In this document: piece by piece, positions 41,859 through 51,852 of the stretch | Layout of the letters: each line of letters starts with the position of its first letter | Position numbering within the stretch: the first letter of the stretch is position 1 | Source: a virus | Taxonomy: Duplodnaviria > Caudoviricetes | IMG/VR virus record: IMGVR_UViG_3300014613_000025 | Span: 9,114 to 73,113 of that record | Strand: one strand, 5' to 3' | DNA length: 64,000 nt | Program-made: the position numbers and the translations under genes | The notes under the pieces: model-generated | What the model saw: the letters and a program-made list of their open reading frames with translations, nothing else | Database searches by the model: none | Told to the model about the DNA's origin: nothing

Positions 41859-42407
41859 ATGATCTCACCCGACAACGAGTCAGACTTGCGCTGGTACTTC
41901 AGCGAAGCGCGCGGGGCATGCGGCGTCAAGTCGCCACTCGGCGCGCAGTTGGACATCATGCGTACCGGTACGATGCGCGGCAAGCACGAGCGCGTAGTGG
42001 TGGCCGACATCAACGAGCGCACCTTGATGGCCGCTGAGCGCGCTAACCGTATTGGCAAGCGCTTACGCAAACTAGCACCCAACCACGTTCCGATACTGCG
42101 TCTGCAATACGACGCAGACGAGGCCGCCAATGGGTGCCAGGTTGGCGCGTCAAGGTTGCTCGATGGCGTACGGGTAGCGCTTATCGTGTCAACGCCCATC
42201 GCGTTGCGGTTGCATAACGCCATAGCGCGGACGTCATCGCGCAAGCATCCTGAGCAGTCGCCACCCACGCGGGTCATGTGGCTTGCGTGGCTCTGTCGCC
42301 GCGCCAAGGACAAGAAAGCGGAGCGTGAGGCTGAGACGCTAAGCGTGCTGTTGACGTCAGCACAAGGGCTCCTGAACGCGGCACATGCCGCTTACGAGGC
42401 AACGTAA
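41859..42407 (+). CDS. Hypothetical basic protein, possible transcription regulator
   Basis: 182-aa ORF; function guessed from position only. Confidence 0.5.
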   Translation: MISPDNESDLRWYFSEARGACGVKSPLGAQLDIMRTGTMRGKHERVVVADINERTLMAAERANRIGKRLRKLAPNHVPILRLQYDADEAANGCQVGASRLLDGVRVALIVSTPIALRLHNAIARTSSRKHPEQSPPTRVMWLAWLCRRAKDKKAEREAETLSVLLTSAQGLLNAAHAAYEAT

Positions 42408-42649
42408 TGTCGTACTTATACGCCGCCCCAGGGTTGGGCTTTGACCCGTTCCGGGTAGAACCGTTCGACCCAAACATTACAATCTACACAACCATGACAC
42501 AACCAATCCCAGCGACAAGGTTGGCGGCCGAGGCAATGGCAATGGTGACGTGTGCGCAGGCGGTTGCCGCGCTGTCGCCAGAGTCACGTAAGCGCGTCGC
42601 CGAATGGTTGCTACGCGAGTGCGAGCGAGAACAGGAAGAGGTAACGTGA
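42407..42649 (+). CDS. Hypothetical protein
   Basis: TAATG coupling. Confidence 0.45.
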   Translation: MSYLYAAPGLGFDPFRVEPFDPNITIYTTMTQPIPATRLAAEAMAMVTCAQAVAALSPESRKRVAEWLLRECEREQEEVT

Positions 42650-42879
42650 TGTCGTATACGAACAAGGAAGTAAAAGAGAACGAGCGGCTATTGGATAGCA
42701 AGTGCAAGGTTCCGTCGTTTTCACTACCGATGCCGCGTGACGCAGACATCCAAGCAATCCTAGACGCTATCGAACGGTTGCGCAAAGACGTCGACACGCT
42801 TACGGTTCAGGTCAATGACGTAAACAGTAGATGCGCGAGCATAGCGCGCACATTGCGAAGTGTTGGCTGGAAGGCATAG
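42649..42879 (+). CDS. Coiled-coil hypothetical protein
   Basis: TGATG coupling; SD gagg. Confidence 0.5.
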   Translation: MSYTNKEVKENERLLDSKCKVPSFSLPMPRDADIQAILDAIERLRKDVDTLTVQVNDVNSRCASIARTLRSVGWKA

Positions 42880-42890
42880 GAAGGCGCAAC

Positions 42891-43103
42891 GTGAGAGACG
42901 ACACTGTCACGCCATCGCAACTGCTAAAGGCCGACTGGTCCGCGCTTGTGCGCCTTGCCAAGTCGCTAGGGCTACGCGTGCGCGCTGGCCCAGAAGGCCA
43001 CGACGAACGCAAGCGTGAGGCGTTGGTTGCCAAGATGTTGGATAGGATGATTGAACTTGAGGATAGTGATGCGAGGGCGCGAGAAGGACTGAAGCACAAA
43101 TGA
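42891..43103 (+). CDS. Hypothetical protein
   Basis: SD aggaagg. Confidence 0.45.
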   Translation: MRDDTVTPSQLLKADWSALVRLAKSLGLRVRAGPEGHDERKREALVAKMLDRMIELEDSDARAREGLKHK

Positions 43104-43447
43104 CTACGATTGAAGCCAAACACGCTACGTGTGAGGATGACGATGGCCCGATGTCGATTGCCTCGTGCGCAGCGCTTGATGGCGTTAGCACTGGTGCCGT
43201 TCGGTCGATGCTCGATGTCGTCGATGCGTTCGTTGACGCCGCGTCAATGACGGATTCGTTCGTGTGGGAATTGGGCATGCACGCTGAGCAGCATGCGGTG
43301 CCAATCGGGTTCACTGCGATATGCCCTCAGTGTGATATGTTCTTTGAGGTCAAGTTGGGCAATGTCGGCAGACCTAGGCGGTTCTGTTCTGACGAGTGCT
43401 GTTTCTGCTATAACCACTGCATGCAATTGCCAAAGGTTTACGCGTGA
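43100..43447 (+). CDS. Zn-ribbon protein with GRPRxFC motif
   Basis: CPQC...GRPRRFCSDEC; same motif as 9419-9766. Confidence 0.5.
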   Translation: MTTIEAKHATCEDDDGPMSIASCAALDGVSTGAVRSMLDVVDAFVDAASMTDSFVWELGMHAEQHAVPIGFTAICPQCDMFFEVKLGNVGRPRRFCSDECCFCYNHCMQLPKVYA

Positions 43448-44784
43448 GTGACAATAACGCAAGCGTGGCGTTCTTGCTGTTCGAGAAACCAAGACACAAG
43501 CAATCAAGCGCAGCATTCGACGATGGCAACAATATGGGAGTACATGTTGTGCGGGACGTGCTAGAGCGCGCCGGTGTCCGCGTTGGCTATTGCACGCCAG
43601 AGACGGCCAAGCACTTCCGCGTTGTGTTGGTATCATTCACATCTAAGCACGATGTGATTGAATTATATAGGCGAGTATCCAAGCGCGCTGATTGGCAACG
43701 GCCTCGCTCTTTCGTGGCGATAGGTGGCGGGTCTGGTATGCAGAACCCCGTTGCCATCCGCAACCTTTTAGACATGGCTGTGTTTGGTAGGAGTGAGGCG
43801 TTTGTCGCCGAACTTGTAGTGTCAACCCTTGATGCTAAACCGTTCGAGCACCCAAGCGTGATGCACTTGCCAGACGTGTCAGACGTTGAGATTGCGCAGG
43901 CACCATGTCTATACCCCAACAGGATAATCGGACCTGATAAGCGCCACATCGGCGGATGGTCAGAGGCGTCGATAGGGTGCAAAAACAAGTGCATGTTTTG
44001 CCACTATGCGTTTACGCGGAAGACGCTTGCTGGCAATTCGTGGAACGACTCAGGCAACACTGAGTCCACGCTGTTAGACCTTGTCAATGCGGGAGCAACG
44101 CGATTACGTAGTAGTATCAAGGGCCAACTGGTAACGGCTCTTGATGGCACGTCTGAGCGCCTGCGTTGTCTATTCGGTAAACCCATCAAGGCCCACCACG
44201 TGACAGCGCTGATCGAACTACTAGCCGACGCAGGCGTGGGGCACATTGTGAAGCTATTCAACATTGGCAACTTCCCAACAGAATCCAAGTCTGACTGGGA
44301 TGAATTGCGTGACTGCTGCCTAGCGGCCAATCCGCGCGCCCACGTTCGTATTGCCGTACAGACAACACCGTTCCAACCTGAGCCGTTGACACCCATGCAG
44401 TGGGAAGCGGTGCGCCTATTTCCCAACCTAAAGCGCATGGAACAAAGCCCCATCGCGCGCACTGGCAATGTTGAGGTGTTCCACGGTCGTTATGTTCAGG
44501 GGCCTATGCCTCAATTGTCTTCAGCACTTGTGGCGCGAGCCACGCCGCAGACTGACGCGGCGTTTGCTGCACTGTGCATGTCCTCAAAGTTGCGCGCGAT
44601 GGGTTCGGAACAAGGCGTGCGAGCACTGTTGAAGTCGTTTGATTTGTCACCGGTAACGCGCGAGTATGAGATAGGCGAGCAGTTGCCAACGTGGTTCCTG
44701 CGTTCGTACACACCAACACACAAGATCGAGCGCATGGCGCAACGAATGAGGGCGAGGCCAGAATATGCCAATTCCAAAGGGTGA
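43444..44784 (+). CDS. Radical SAM protein with B12-binding-like N-terminus
   Basis: VLVSFTS...IGGGSGMQNP...GRSE; SIGCKNKCMFCHY; TTPFQPEPLTPMQWE. Confidence 0.8.
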   Translation: MSDNNASVAFLLFEKPRHKQSSAAFDDGNNMGVHVVRDVLERAGVRVGYCTPETAKHFRVVLVSFTSKHDVIELYRRVSKRADWQRPRSFVAIGGGSGMQNPVAIRNLLDMAVFGRSEAFVAELVVSTLDAKPFEHPSVMHLPDVSDVEIAQAPCLYPNRIIGPDKRHIGGWSEASIGCKNKCMFCHYAFTRKTLAGNSWNDSGNTESTLLDLVNAGATRLRSSIKGQLVTALDGTSERLRCLFGKPIKAHHVTALIELLADAGVGHIVKLFNIGNFPTESKSDWDELRDCCLAANPRAHVRIAVQTTPFQPEPLTPMQWEAVRLFPNLKRMEQSPIARTGNVEVFHGRYVQGPMPQLSSALVARATPQTDAAFAALCMSSKLRAMGSEQGVRALLKSFDLSPVTREYEIGEQLPTWFLRSYTPTHKIERMAQRMRARPEYANSKG

Positions 44785-45298
44785 CATCGGTAAGCAATCA
44801 GCGGAAGCCGCAGCGGTTTGGGTTGACACCAAGTCGCTCAAACCATGGGTAAAGAACCCACGCAAGAACGACGCGGCAGTATTGCGCGTGGCCGACAGTA
44901 TCAAGCGCTTTGGCTTCGGGTCTCCTATCCTAGCTCGCCGCGCTGACGGTGAGATCATTGCTGGGCATACTCGGCTCAAGGCGGCATTGTCTCTTGGCAT
45001 TGACAAGGTGCCAGTCAGGTATCTTGACCTAGACCCGGCTGACGCGCACTTGCTAGCGCTTGCCGACAACAAGTTGGGCGAGATTGCAGAGTGGGACAAC
45101 GAACTAGTCGCCGAGATTCTAGCAGACTACAACACAGACGACACCGGCCTAGCCGGTTGGACGGACCGCGAAGTCTCTGAACTAACAGGGCTTGACGACG
45201 ACTGCGACCTTGGAGACATCCCTGAGACTGGTAGTGATAAGGGTGAGCGCGACAACCTAATCACTTGTCCAAAGTGTGGATTGCAATGGGCGAAGTGA
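44765..45298 (+). CDS. ParB/Srx N-terminal-domain protein with C-terminal Zn ribbon
   Basis: LKPWVKNPRKND...SIKRFGFGSPIL...IIAGHTRLKAA...LALADNK; CPKCG. Confidence 0.88.
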   Translation: MPIPKGDIGKQSAEAAAVWVDTKSLKPWVKNPRKNDAAVLRVADSIKRFGFGSPILARRADGEIIAGHTRLKAALSLGIDKVPVRYLDLDPADAHLLALADNKLGEIAEWDNELVAEILADYNTDDTGLAGWTDREVSELTGLDDDCDLGDIPETGSDKGERDNLITCPKCGLQWAK

Positions 45299-45501
45299 CA
45301 CCACAATAAGAGACGGCGCGCAATGCCGCGCCGCGTTGTAGAAATCAATCCCAGTTATGAGGGACGTAGTGTAACCACACTGGGCGAGTGTGAGTGTCAA
45401 TGGCGCATCGTGATCGGTTGTCGAGTCGTGCGCCCACACGCGCAGCCTCGCCCCTCCTGCCGTGCCTCCCTCCGGTTCGACAACCGTTCACGGTGTGTAA
45501 A

Positions 45502-45638
45502 ACGTTGTGCGGAACGATAACCGCAACACGGTGCACCCACGTTGTGCGGGACGATAACCGCAACACGGTGCACCCACGTTGTGCGGGACGATAACCGCAA
45601 CACGGTGCACCCACGTTGTGCGGGACGATAACCGCAAC
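45502..45638. repeat. 37-bp tandem repeat, 3.7 copies, upstream of terS
   Basis: acgttgtgcgg(g/a)acgataaccgcaacacggtgcaccc at 45502, 45539, 45576 and partial 45613. Confidence 0.95.
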
Positions 45639-45744
45639 CGTCGATGCCAGGTCGCCCCAGATCGCGTCGATGCCAGGCCGACGCTTGACCCACAAGGCCA
45701 CTAATCCGGTGGGAGCCTGGCGCTACCTATCACGATGAGACAGC

Positions 45745-46170
45745 ATGCCACCGCGCACTAACAAGAATTCACCACGACGCCTAGACGCTGACGAGAAAGC
45801 ACGTCACGCACTATCGCTTAGGCGCGCTGGTTTGGACTTCGACGCCATCGCGCAACAGGTTGGTTATGCCAACCGTTCCGGCGCGTGGAAGGCTGTTGTG
45901 CGATTGGTCGAGTCTCGTGCTGCGGAGTCTGTGAAGGACGCCGATGTCATCATTGCCATGGAGGTTGAGCGCTTGGACGCGATGCTCATGGCGGTGTGGG
46001 CTAAGGCAAAGAAGGGCGACGTTGCCGCAGTCGACCGCGTATTGAAGATCCAAGAGCGCAGAGCTAAGTTGTTGGGCCTTGACGCTCCGACTAAGACCGC
46101 TAGTGAACTGAGCGGAAACGTTAGTGTGACCTCGCCTGTCATCATGATTCCGCCGGAATCGGATGAGTAG
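45745..46170 (+). CDS. terS: Terminase small subunit (HTH)
   Basis: ALSLRRAGLDFDAIAQQVGY...ERLDAM...AVDRVLKIQERRAKLLGLDAP; directly before terL. Confidence 0.8.
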   Translation: MPPRTNKNSPRRLDADEKARHALSLRRAGLDFDAIAQQVGYANRSGAWKAVVRLVESRAAESVKDADVIIAMEVERLDAMLMAVWAKAKKGDVAAVDRVLKIQERRAKLLGLDAPTKTASELSGNVSVTSPVIMIPPESDE

Positions 46171-46172
46171 GA

Positions 46173-47555
46173 GTGCCGCATCCTGAAGACTGGCGGCCTA
46201 ACCCAGGGCCGCAAACACGCTTCCTCTCACTGACGTGTAGAGAAGCGCTATACGGCGGAAGCGCTGGTGGTGGCAAGTCGGCAGCGCTCTTGGTCGACGC
46301 CATCCGATACGTTGGCAAGGGATACGGCCCGGCCTACAAGGCACTGCTACTTAGGCGCACGTACCCTGAACTTGAGCGCTCGCTTATTCAGGAGTCGCGG
46401 CTTCTGTACCCTCGCCTTGGTGGGCGGTACAATGGCACACTGCATGTCTGGACATTCCCGCAAGGCGAGACTGTGTGGATGTCGCATCTCCAACAAGAGA
46501 GCGACGTTGCGGCGCATCAGTCTGCTGAGTATCAGTTCGTTGGATTCGATGAGGTTACGCACTTCACCGAAAAGCAGTATCTGTATCTAGGGTTCTCGCG
46601 CATGCGTTCGTCGCATGGCATACCGCTGCGGTTGCGAGCCGGGACGAACCCTGGCGGCGACGGTCATGATTGGGTGTTTCGCAGGTTCGGCGCATGGCTT
46701 GACCCAGAGTCGAAGACCACGGCGGAACCTGGTCAGGTCTTGTACGTTAGGAACGTAGAAGGCAAAGACGAATACGTGCCACGCGGGACGCCTGAGTCGT
46801 TTGGTCGGTGCTTCGTACCTGCCAGGGTGACAGACAATCCGCGCATCAGTCCAGACTACGCCGCTGGGTTGAGCATGCTTGACCCCGTCACTCGCGCGCA
46901 ATTGCGCGATGGCGACTGGCTCATAAGGCCAGGTCGTGGGCTGTTCTTCAAGCGCGACATGTTCGAGACTGTCGGCCATGCGCCAGAGAGTCAACAGCGC
47001 ATACGATACTGGGACCGCGCAGGGACTGGTGAGACGGAAGCCTTCAAGCGCAAGTCTGACCCTGACTTCACAGCCGGGCTGTTGATGTGCAAGGTTGGTT
47101 CTATCTACTACGTTGAAGACGTGGACCACTTTCGCGGGTCGCCTGGCGAGGTCAAGGCGCGCATCGTTTCGGTTGCTCGCACCGATGGCAAGTCAGTACA
47201 GGTTGGGTTAGAGCAAGACCCTGGTTCTGCTGGCAAGTTCGAGATTGCTGAATACGTCACAGCACTAGACGGATTCAACGTTAGAGCGTACCCGGCACGA
47301 CAAGACAAGGTCACACGCGCGAAGCCGGTTAGTGCGCAGTCTGACCAGCACAGAGTGAAGTTGGTGCGCGGTTCGTGGAACAACGAATTCTTGCGCGAAC
47401 TAGAAGCCTTCCCAGAGGGTGGGCACGATGACATGGTTGACGCCTTCAGTGGAGCGCACAACGCGCTTGCTGTGGAGGTATTGCCGTCGTCAGTGACGAG
47501 GTTGCGGGCGACACCGCAGCGCGACACAATCTTTGGCGACGCTGGCGGCTGGTAA
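46173..47555 (+). CDS. terL: Terminase large subunit
   Basis: PNPGPQ; YGGSAGGGKS; FDEVTHF; GTNPGG; YWDRA; EQDPGSAGK; HDDMVDA. Confidence 0.93.
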   Translation: MPHPEDWRPNPGPQTRFLSLTCREALYGGSAGGGKSAALLVDAIRYVGKGYGPAYKALLLRRTYPELERSLIQESRLLYPRLGGRYNGTLHVWTFPQGETVWMSHLQQESDVAAHQSAEYQFVGFDEVTHFTEKQYLYLGFSRMRSSHGIPLRLRAGTNPGGDGHDWVFRRFGAWLDPESKTTAEPGQVLYVRNVEGKDEYVPRGTPESFGRCFVPARVTDNPRISPDYAAGLSMLDPVTRAQLRDGDWLIRPGRGLFFKRDMFETVGHAPESQQRIRYWDRAGTGETEAFKRKSDPDFTAGLLMCKVGSIYYVEDVDHFRGSPGEVKARIVSVARTDGKSVQVGLEQDPGSAGKFEIAEYVTALDGFNVRAYPARQDKVTRAKPVSAQSDQHRVKLVRGSWNNEFLRELEAFPEGGHDDMVDAFSGAHNALAVEVLPSSVTRLRATPQRDTIFGDAGGW

Positions 47556-47571
47556 CTACTAACACACAAGC

Positions 47572-48978
47572 ATGGCAAAACCACTCACATCGACGCAGCC
47601 AATAGCGGACTGGACGCTATACGATAAGGCTGCTGCGCATTGGGGCGCCGCCATGACCATTGGCGTAGTCACCTCGATGATGCGCCAGTGTGAACTAGGT
47701 CAACGCGACCTGTGGTGTGACCTGCTTAGCGAATTGCTCGAAGGCGACCCGCACGCGCACAGCGTGTTGAAGAAGTGTTACTCGTCAATCTCCAACCATC
47801 GATGGGAGCTAATCCCGCCACGGTTCGAGGACGAGGGCGAGCAATACAAGGCCGACATCGTAGCGCGCGAGACCACTGAGATTATCGCGAAGATTCCTAA
47901 CTGGAAGTCTCGCATATACCAGTTGCTTTGGGGCCATTTCACTGGTGCTTCCGCGCATGAGGTCATGTGGCGGTTCAACGGCAAGTGGTCAATCCGCGAA
48001 CTGCGCCACGTGCCGTCGCGCCGGTTGGGGTTCGACGACAGTTTTGAACTGTACTTGACGGATGGCAGTTACTCCACAACAGGCATTCCGTTAGGGTCTC
48101 TGCCTGGCAAGTTTCTGGCCTACGTCCCGTGTGTGACCGGAGAGGTTCCTACGCGTGAGGGACTTGGCAGAATCCTCGCTTACTGGCTTGGGTTTGGCCG
48201 TTGGGCGACTCGCGACTTTCTCACGTACGTTGAGCGCTTTGGCAAGCCGTTGCCGCTCGCTGTGATGAAGACAGGTCGAGTCACTTCCGATGAAACGGAT
48301 AAGACCTTAGCCAATTCGTTGGTGCAGAATATCGGTCGCGGTACGCAGTTCGGTGCTGTTGTTCCTGACACGATTGACCTGCAATTCCCAAGCACTGGCG
48401 GGTCTGGTGGCAACGGTGGTGCCAAGGTCACAGTACACGGCGACTTCCTTGACCGCAAGAACGCAGAGGTCAGCAAGGCAGTACTTGGCGGCACGCTCAC
48501 GACCGAGGTTGGTTCGAGCGGTGGCAACCGTGCGCTAGGCGAGCGGCAGGGCGTCGACCAGCAAGAGATTATCGAGACCATTGCGTCGCAGTTGGACGAG
48601 GCCATCACGGCGGCTATCGTGGTGTGGTTGGTGCGTTTGAACTTCGGCGAGGACGCCGAGAAGTACACGCCACAATACCACACCATGGTCGAGACCGACG
48701 ATGACCAGTTGGCCGCCGCTGAGGTGTTGAAGATTCTTGTCGACAGCAAGGTCAGGTTGCCAGCTAACGACGTCCGCGAGCGGTTCGGTTGGCGTGAGCC
48801 ATCCGATGACGAAGAGGTCGTTGGCGGCCCCATGGCGGCCCCGCAATCGGCAACGCCAGCGACTCCGCCAGACGATGGCGAGGACGATGGCGAGGACGAT
48901 ACTGAAGACGAACCCGATGCCACGCCACCGCGTGACACTGCTACTGAGGACGATACCCCGGACGACGGGGAGGAGTAA
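47572..48978 (+). CDS. Portal protein (DUF935, Mu gp29-like)
   Basis: Position after terL; FVERFGKP-like YVERFGKP; SKAVLGGTLTT; acidic tail. Confidence 0.88.
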   Translation: MAKPLTSTQPIADWTLYDKAAAHWGAAMTIGVVTSMMRQCELGQRDLWCDLLSELLEGDPHAHSVLKKCYSSISNHRWELIPPRFEDEGEQYKADIVARETTEIIAKIPNWKSRIYQLLWGHFTGASAHEVMWRFNGKWSIRELRHVPSRRLGFDDSFELYLTDGSYSTTGIPLGSLPGKFLAYVPCVTGEVPTREGLGRILAYWLGFGRWATRDFLTYVERFGKPLPLAVMKTGRVTSDETDKTLANSLVQNIGRGTQFGAVVPDTIDLQFPSTGGSGGNGGAKVTVHGDFLDRKNAEVSKAVLGGTLTTEVGSSGGNRALGERQGVDQQEIIETIASQLDEAITAAIVVWLVRLNFGEDAEKYTPQYHTMVETDDDQLAAAEVLKILVDSKVRLPANDVRERFGWREPSDDEEVVGGPMAAPQSATPATPPDDGEDDGEDDTEDEPDATPPRDTATEDDTPDDGEE

Positions 48979-48984
48979 AGACCA

Positions 48985-49389
48985 ATGACATACGGTGCAG
49001 TCCCGTCGTTTGGCAATATGCCGCAAGACGGCTTTCACAAGACGAACAATATCGCCAGTTGCGTTGAAGACCTTGGGTCTTTGGTGGGCTATGTTCCGGC
49101 CTCTGGTTCCACGCGAATCCCGCCCGCTGGCGGCACTACCACGCTGGCACTTGCGGACGGTTGCCTGCGAACCATCTCGACGGTAGCGATTGCCACTGGC
49201 ATGACGCTCGCCATTCAGACCACTGGCGCAGTGCAAGGACAGCGCTTCGTGATTGCGAAGATCTCCACTGCCGGGACGGGCGCCGTTACTATCGACCTCA
49301 AGGCGTCGACTACGAAGAAGAAGTTCAACGCCGAGTTGATGTTTGTCAACGGCGCATGGCGGCTAATCAGCCATTACGAATACGCGTGA
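48985..49389 (+). CDS. Thr/Ala-rich putative virion protein
   Basis: SD ggagg; located in the head module. Confidence 0.55.
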   Translation: MTYGAVPSFGNMPQDGFHKTNNIASCVEDLGSLVGYVPASGSTRIPPAGGTTTLALADGCLRTISTVAIATGMTLAIQTTGAVQGQRFVIAKISTAGTGAVTIDLKASTTKKKFNAELMFVNGAWRLISHYEYA

Positions 49390-49745
49390 TGGCTATGGCT
49401 GAGACGTTCTGGGAGATCGTTGATGGCGAGTGTCGCAACTGCGACTCCTGTGGAAAGTCTCAGCCGATTGGTGCGACTGTCAAGTATGTGGCAAACGGGA
49501 ATCTAATCGAGTCCCTGACGTGCGCCGCATGCGAAGGCAATACCCCGTCATGGTCAGAACGTTTGGTGCCATACAGTGGGCACAAGGCATACTACCTGCT
49601 TGGACTTCTCAGAGATCTGCGGCCAGTGCTTGAATGCCCAGGCAAGCAGAATATCATGCAGACGAAACACGGCAGGGTATTGGAACTGCGTAGTATGGCC
49701 GACGAAATCGAACAAGACCTAACTGCCAACGGGTACCACCTATGA
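49389..49745 (+). CDS. Zn-ribbon hypothetical protein
   Basis: TGATG coupling; CDSC...CAAC. Confidence 0.5.
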   Translation: MAMAETFWEIVDGECRNCDSCGKSQPIGATVKYVANGNLIESLTCAACEGNTPSWSERLVPYSGHKAYYLLGLLRDLRPVLECPGKQNIMQTKHGRVLELRSMADEIEQDLTANGYHL

Positions 49746-49882
49746 CTGACAGAGAGGCCGAATTGACTGCGGAGGTTGAGGCACTGCGTGAACGAGTGGC
49801 GGCCCTTGAGGCACAGTTGCGCAATGCCAAGAACGCAGCGGCGCAGGTTGGTGGTCAAGCGTCCTGGTATCAGACTCGCTAA
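49742..49882 (+). CDS. 46-aa coiled-coil peptide, not in the ORF track
   Basis: ATGA and TAATG overlaps at both ends. Confidence 0.5.
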   Translation: MTDREAELTAEVEALRERVAALEAQLRNAKNAAAQVGGQASWYQTR

Positions 49883-51837
49883 TGGCTAACCCGAACCCCT
49901 CACTGCTTGCCATGTCCAACGCGCAAGCGGAGGACGTTTCGGGCATAGTCGACCGTGGCGCACAGTCGCTTGTGGTGACGTATAGGCGTCTCGCCAAGGC
50001 ACCACGTGGCGAGCGATACGCAAAGCTCAAGGCGGCCATCGTCGGGACAGTGGATGGCGGTCGTGCGGCGGCCAACGAACTGGCCGCGACTCACCTGCTA
50101 GACCAGTTGCGCAAGGTCATCGGGTCGAAGGTTGACAACGTCTCGCTTGGACTGAACGCTAGGCCCAAGCGCGCTGAGGTTGACCAGTACATTGACAACG
50201 CTGTTGATGCCGCTCGTGCTGCCGACGAAAACGACGCTGGCATCGAGTCGACCGAATGGCACGCACTTCGTGTGCTAGAGTCGGAAGTCTTCCGCGAGTA
50301 TGACGAGGCCCGTCGTGTTGCGGAGTCTAGCCTTGCGGCGTTGTCCGACGATGCCGCTGCCAGGTTGGGCTTTCAGGTTGCTAGGAAGCAATCGCAACTA
50401 CGAGACATTGGCAACATTGAAACACGCGGCGACGTCCCGCTTGTGCCGGTGTTCGGCAAGATGTGGAACGCCGTTGGAGACAAGCGGACCTGCCAGGTTT
50501 GCTCTGCGCTCGATGGCAGTCTTGGGCTACTTGGCAGCGAGTATGACCCAAGCAATCCGCCAGCACATTCGCGCTGTCGTTGTGTCACGACCCTGTGGGC
50601 CGTTGGCTGGATCGACACGGAGAAAGCAATGACAGACACGGTTGAACGTGACAGCCCGGCAGAGCCCATCGTTAGGGCCTATGCGGCAATCGATACGCGT
50701 GCCACCAACGAAGAGACGCGCACCATTCTAGGCGCCGTTGCCAGCACGGAAGCGATTGACTCGCATGGTTCTATCATCCGCGCCAAGGGTTGGAATCTCT
50801 CGCGCTACGAGAGCAACCCAATCCTAGTGTGGAATCACGCGCTGTCCAACATGTTCACCAAGGCGATGCCTGAGGACATCCTGGGCACCGCGTCGATGCG
50901 CGTTGACAAGCGAGGCAAGCGACTGCTTGCCGACTTGCACTTTGCACCGGAGGGCGCCAACCCGCGCGCTGACATGGTGTGGGGGCAAGTCCAGCGCGGC
51001 GAAGTGCGTGGGTTGAGCGTTGGATTCCAACCTACGAAGTACCACTTCGAAGCCATCGATGGCGACACTGAAGACGAGCGCATGGTCATTGACAATGCTG
51101 ACCTCGTTGAATTGTCTGTGGTCGCATTGCCCAGCAATGCAGAGACACTAATTGCACAAGTGCGTAGTCTGTTCGGGCAACCGGATGACAAGGCGTGTTG
51201 TGCTCATGAAGTGCGTAAGGCATCGGCCTCCGCCGATAACAAAAACAAGGAGCAAGCAACCATGACGACGGAAGTTGTTACTGCCCTCCCGGCTGAGATC
51301 GTTGCCATCTTGGGAACGTCCGACGCTGTGGAAGCGGTCAAGCAGATCACGCAAGACAAGTTGCGCGTGAGTCAGTTGGAAGACGCATTGGCACGCAAGG
51401 ATGAGGCTATTGCCACCGCCAACGCCGCGACCGAAGTGGTCAAGGCCGAATTGGTTGAGGCACGTAGCGCGCTCACTGCACAACACGACAAGGCGTGTGA
51501 CGCTGAGGTCGACTCCCTCGTTGCATTGGGTCTTGTGAAAGAGACTCAGCGCGATATGGCGTGCAAGTTTGCGCGCTCTGACCTCGACGGGTTCAAGGCG
51601 TTTTACGCTGAGGAACGCGAAGAGATGGCTAAGCGCACGGCACCCATGGCCGCACTGCTTGACACGACCCCAGTGGTCAAGGTCAAGGCGAGTGATGGCA
51701 AGGTTGCCCCGACGCGACCCATTGCCGACCACGCCGCGATTCATCGCGCCAAGGCGATTGAGATTCAGAACCGAGACAAGTGCGATTGGAGCGAGGCATG
51801 TGCTCGCGCCTTCAACGAACTTCAGGCGAGTGCCTGA
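49882..51837 (+). CDS. Head morphogenesis (Mu gpF-like) + HK97-type prohead protease + scaffold fusion
   Basis: WNAVGDKRTCQVCSALDG...PPAHSRCRC; DSHGSII...NPILVWNH...GLSVGF...ELSVVALPSN; coiled C-terminus. Confidence 0.85.
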   Translation: MANPNPSLLAMSNAQAEDVSGIVDRGAQSLVVTYRRLAKAPRGERYAKLKAAIVGTVDGGRAAANELAATHLLDQLRKVIGSKVDNVSLGLNARPKRAEVDQYIDNAVDAARAADENDAGIESTEWHALRVLESEVFREYDEARRVAESSLAALSDDAAARLGFQVARKQSQLRDIGNIETRGDVPLVPVFGKMWNAVGDKRTCQVCSALDGSLGLLGSEYDPSNPPAHSRCRCVTTLWAVGWIDTEKAMTDTVERDSPAEPIVRAYAAIDTRATNEETRTILGAVASTEAIDSHGSIIRAKGWNLSRYESNPILVWNHALSNMFTKAMPEDILGTASMRVDKRGKRLLADLHFAPEGANPRADMVWGQVQRGEVRGLSVGFQPTKYHFEAIDGDTEDERMVIDNADLVELSVVALPSNAETLIAQVRSLFGQPDDKACCAHEVRKASASADNKNKEQATMTTEVVTALPAEIVAILGTSDAVEAVKQITQDKLRVSQLEDALARKDEAIATANAATEVVKAELVEARSALTAQHDKACDAEVDSLVALGLVKETQRDMACKFARSDLDGFKAFYAEEREEMAKRTAPMAALLDTTPVVKVKASDGKVAPTRPIADHAAIHRAKAIEIQNRDKCDWSEACARAFNELQASA

Positions 51838-51852
51838 AAGGAGCATTGAGAC

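Noticed and set aside
45345-45701. Minus-strand ORFs with repeated peptides
   Set aside because: Translation artefacts of the 37-bp tandem repeat.
48871-48975. gacgatggcgag repeats in the portal gene
   Set aside because: Encode an ordinary acidic low-complexity tail.
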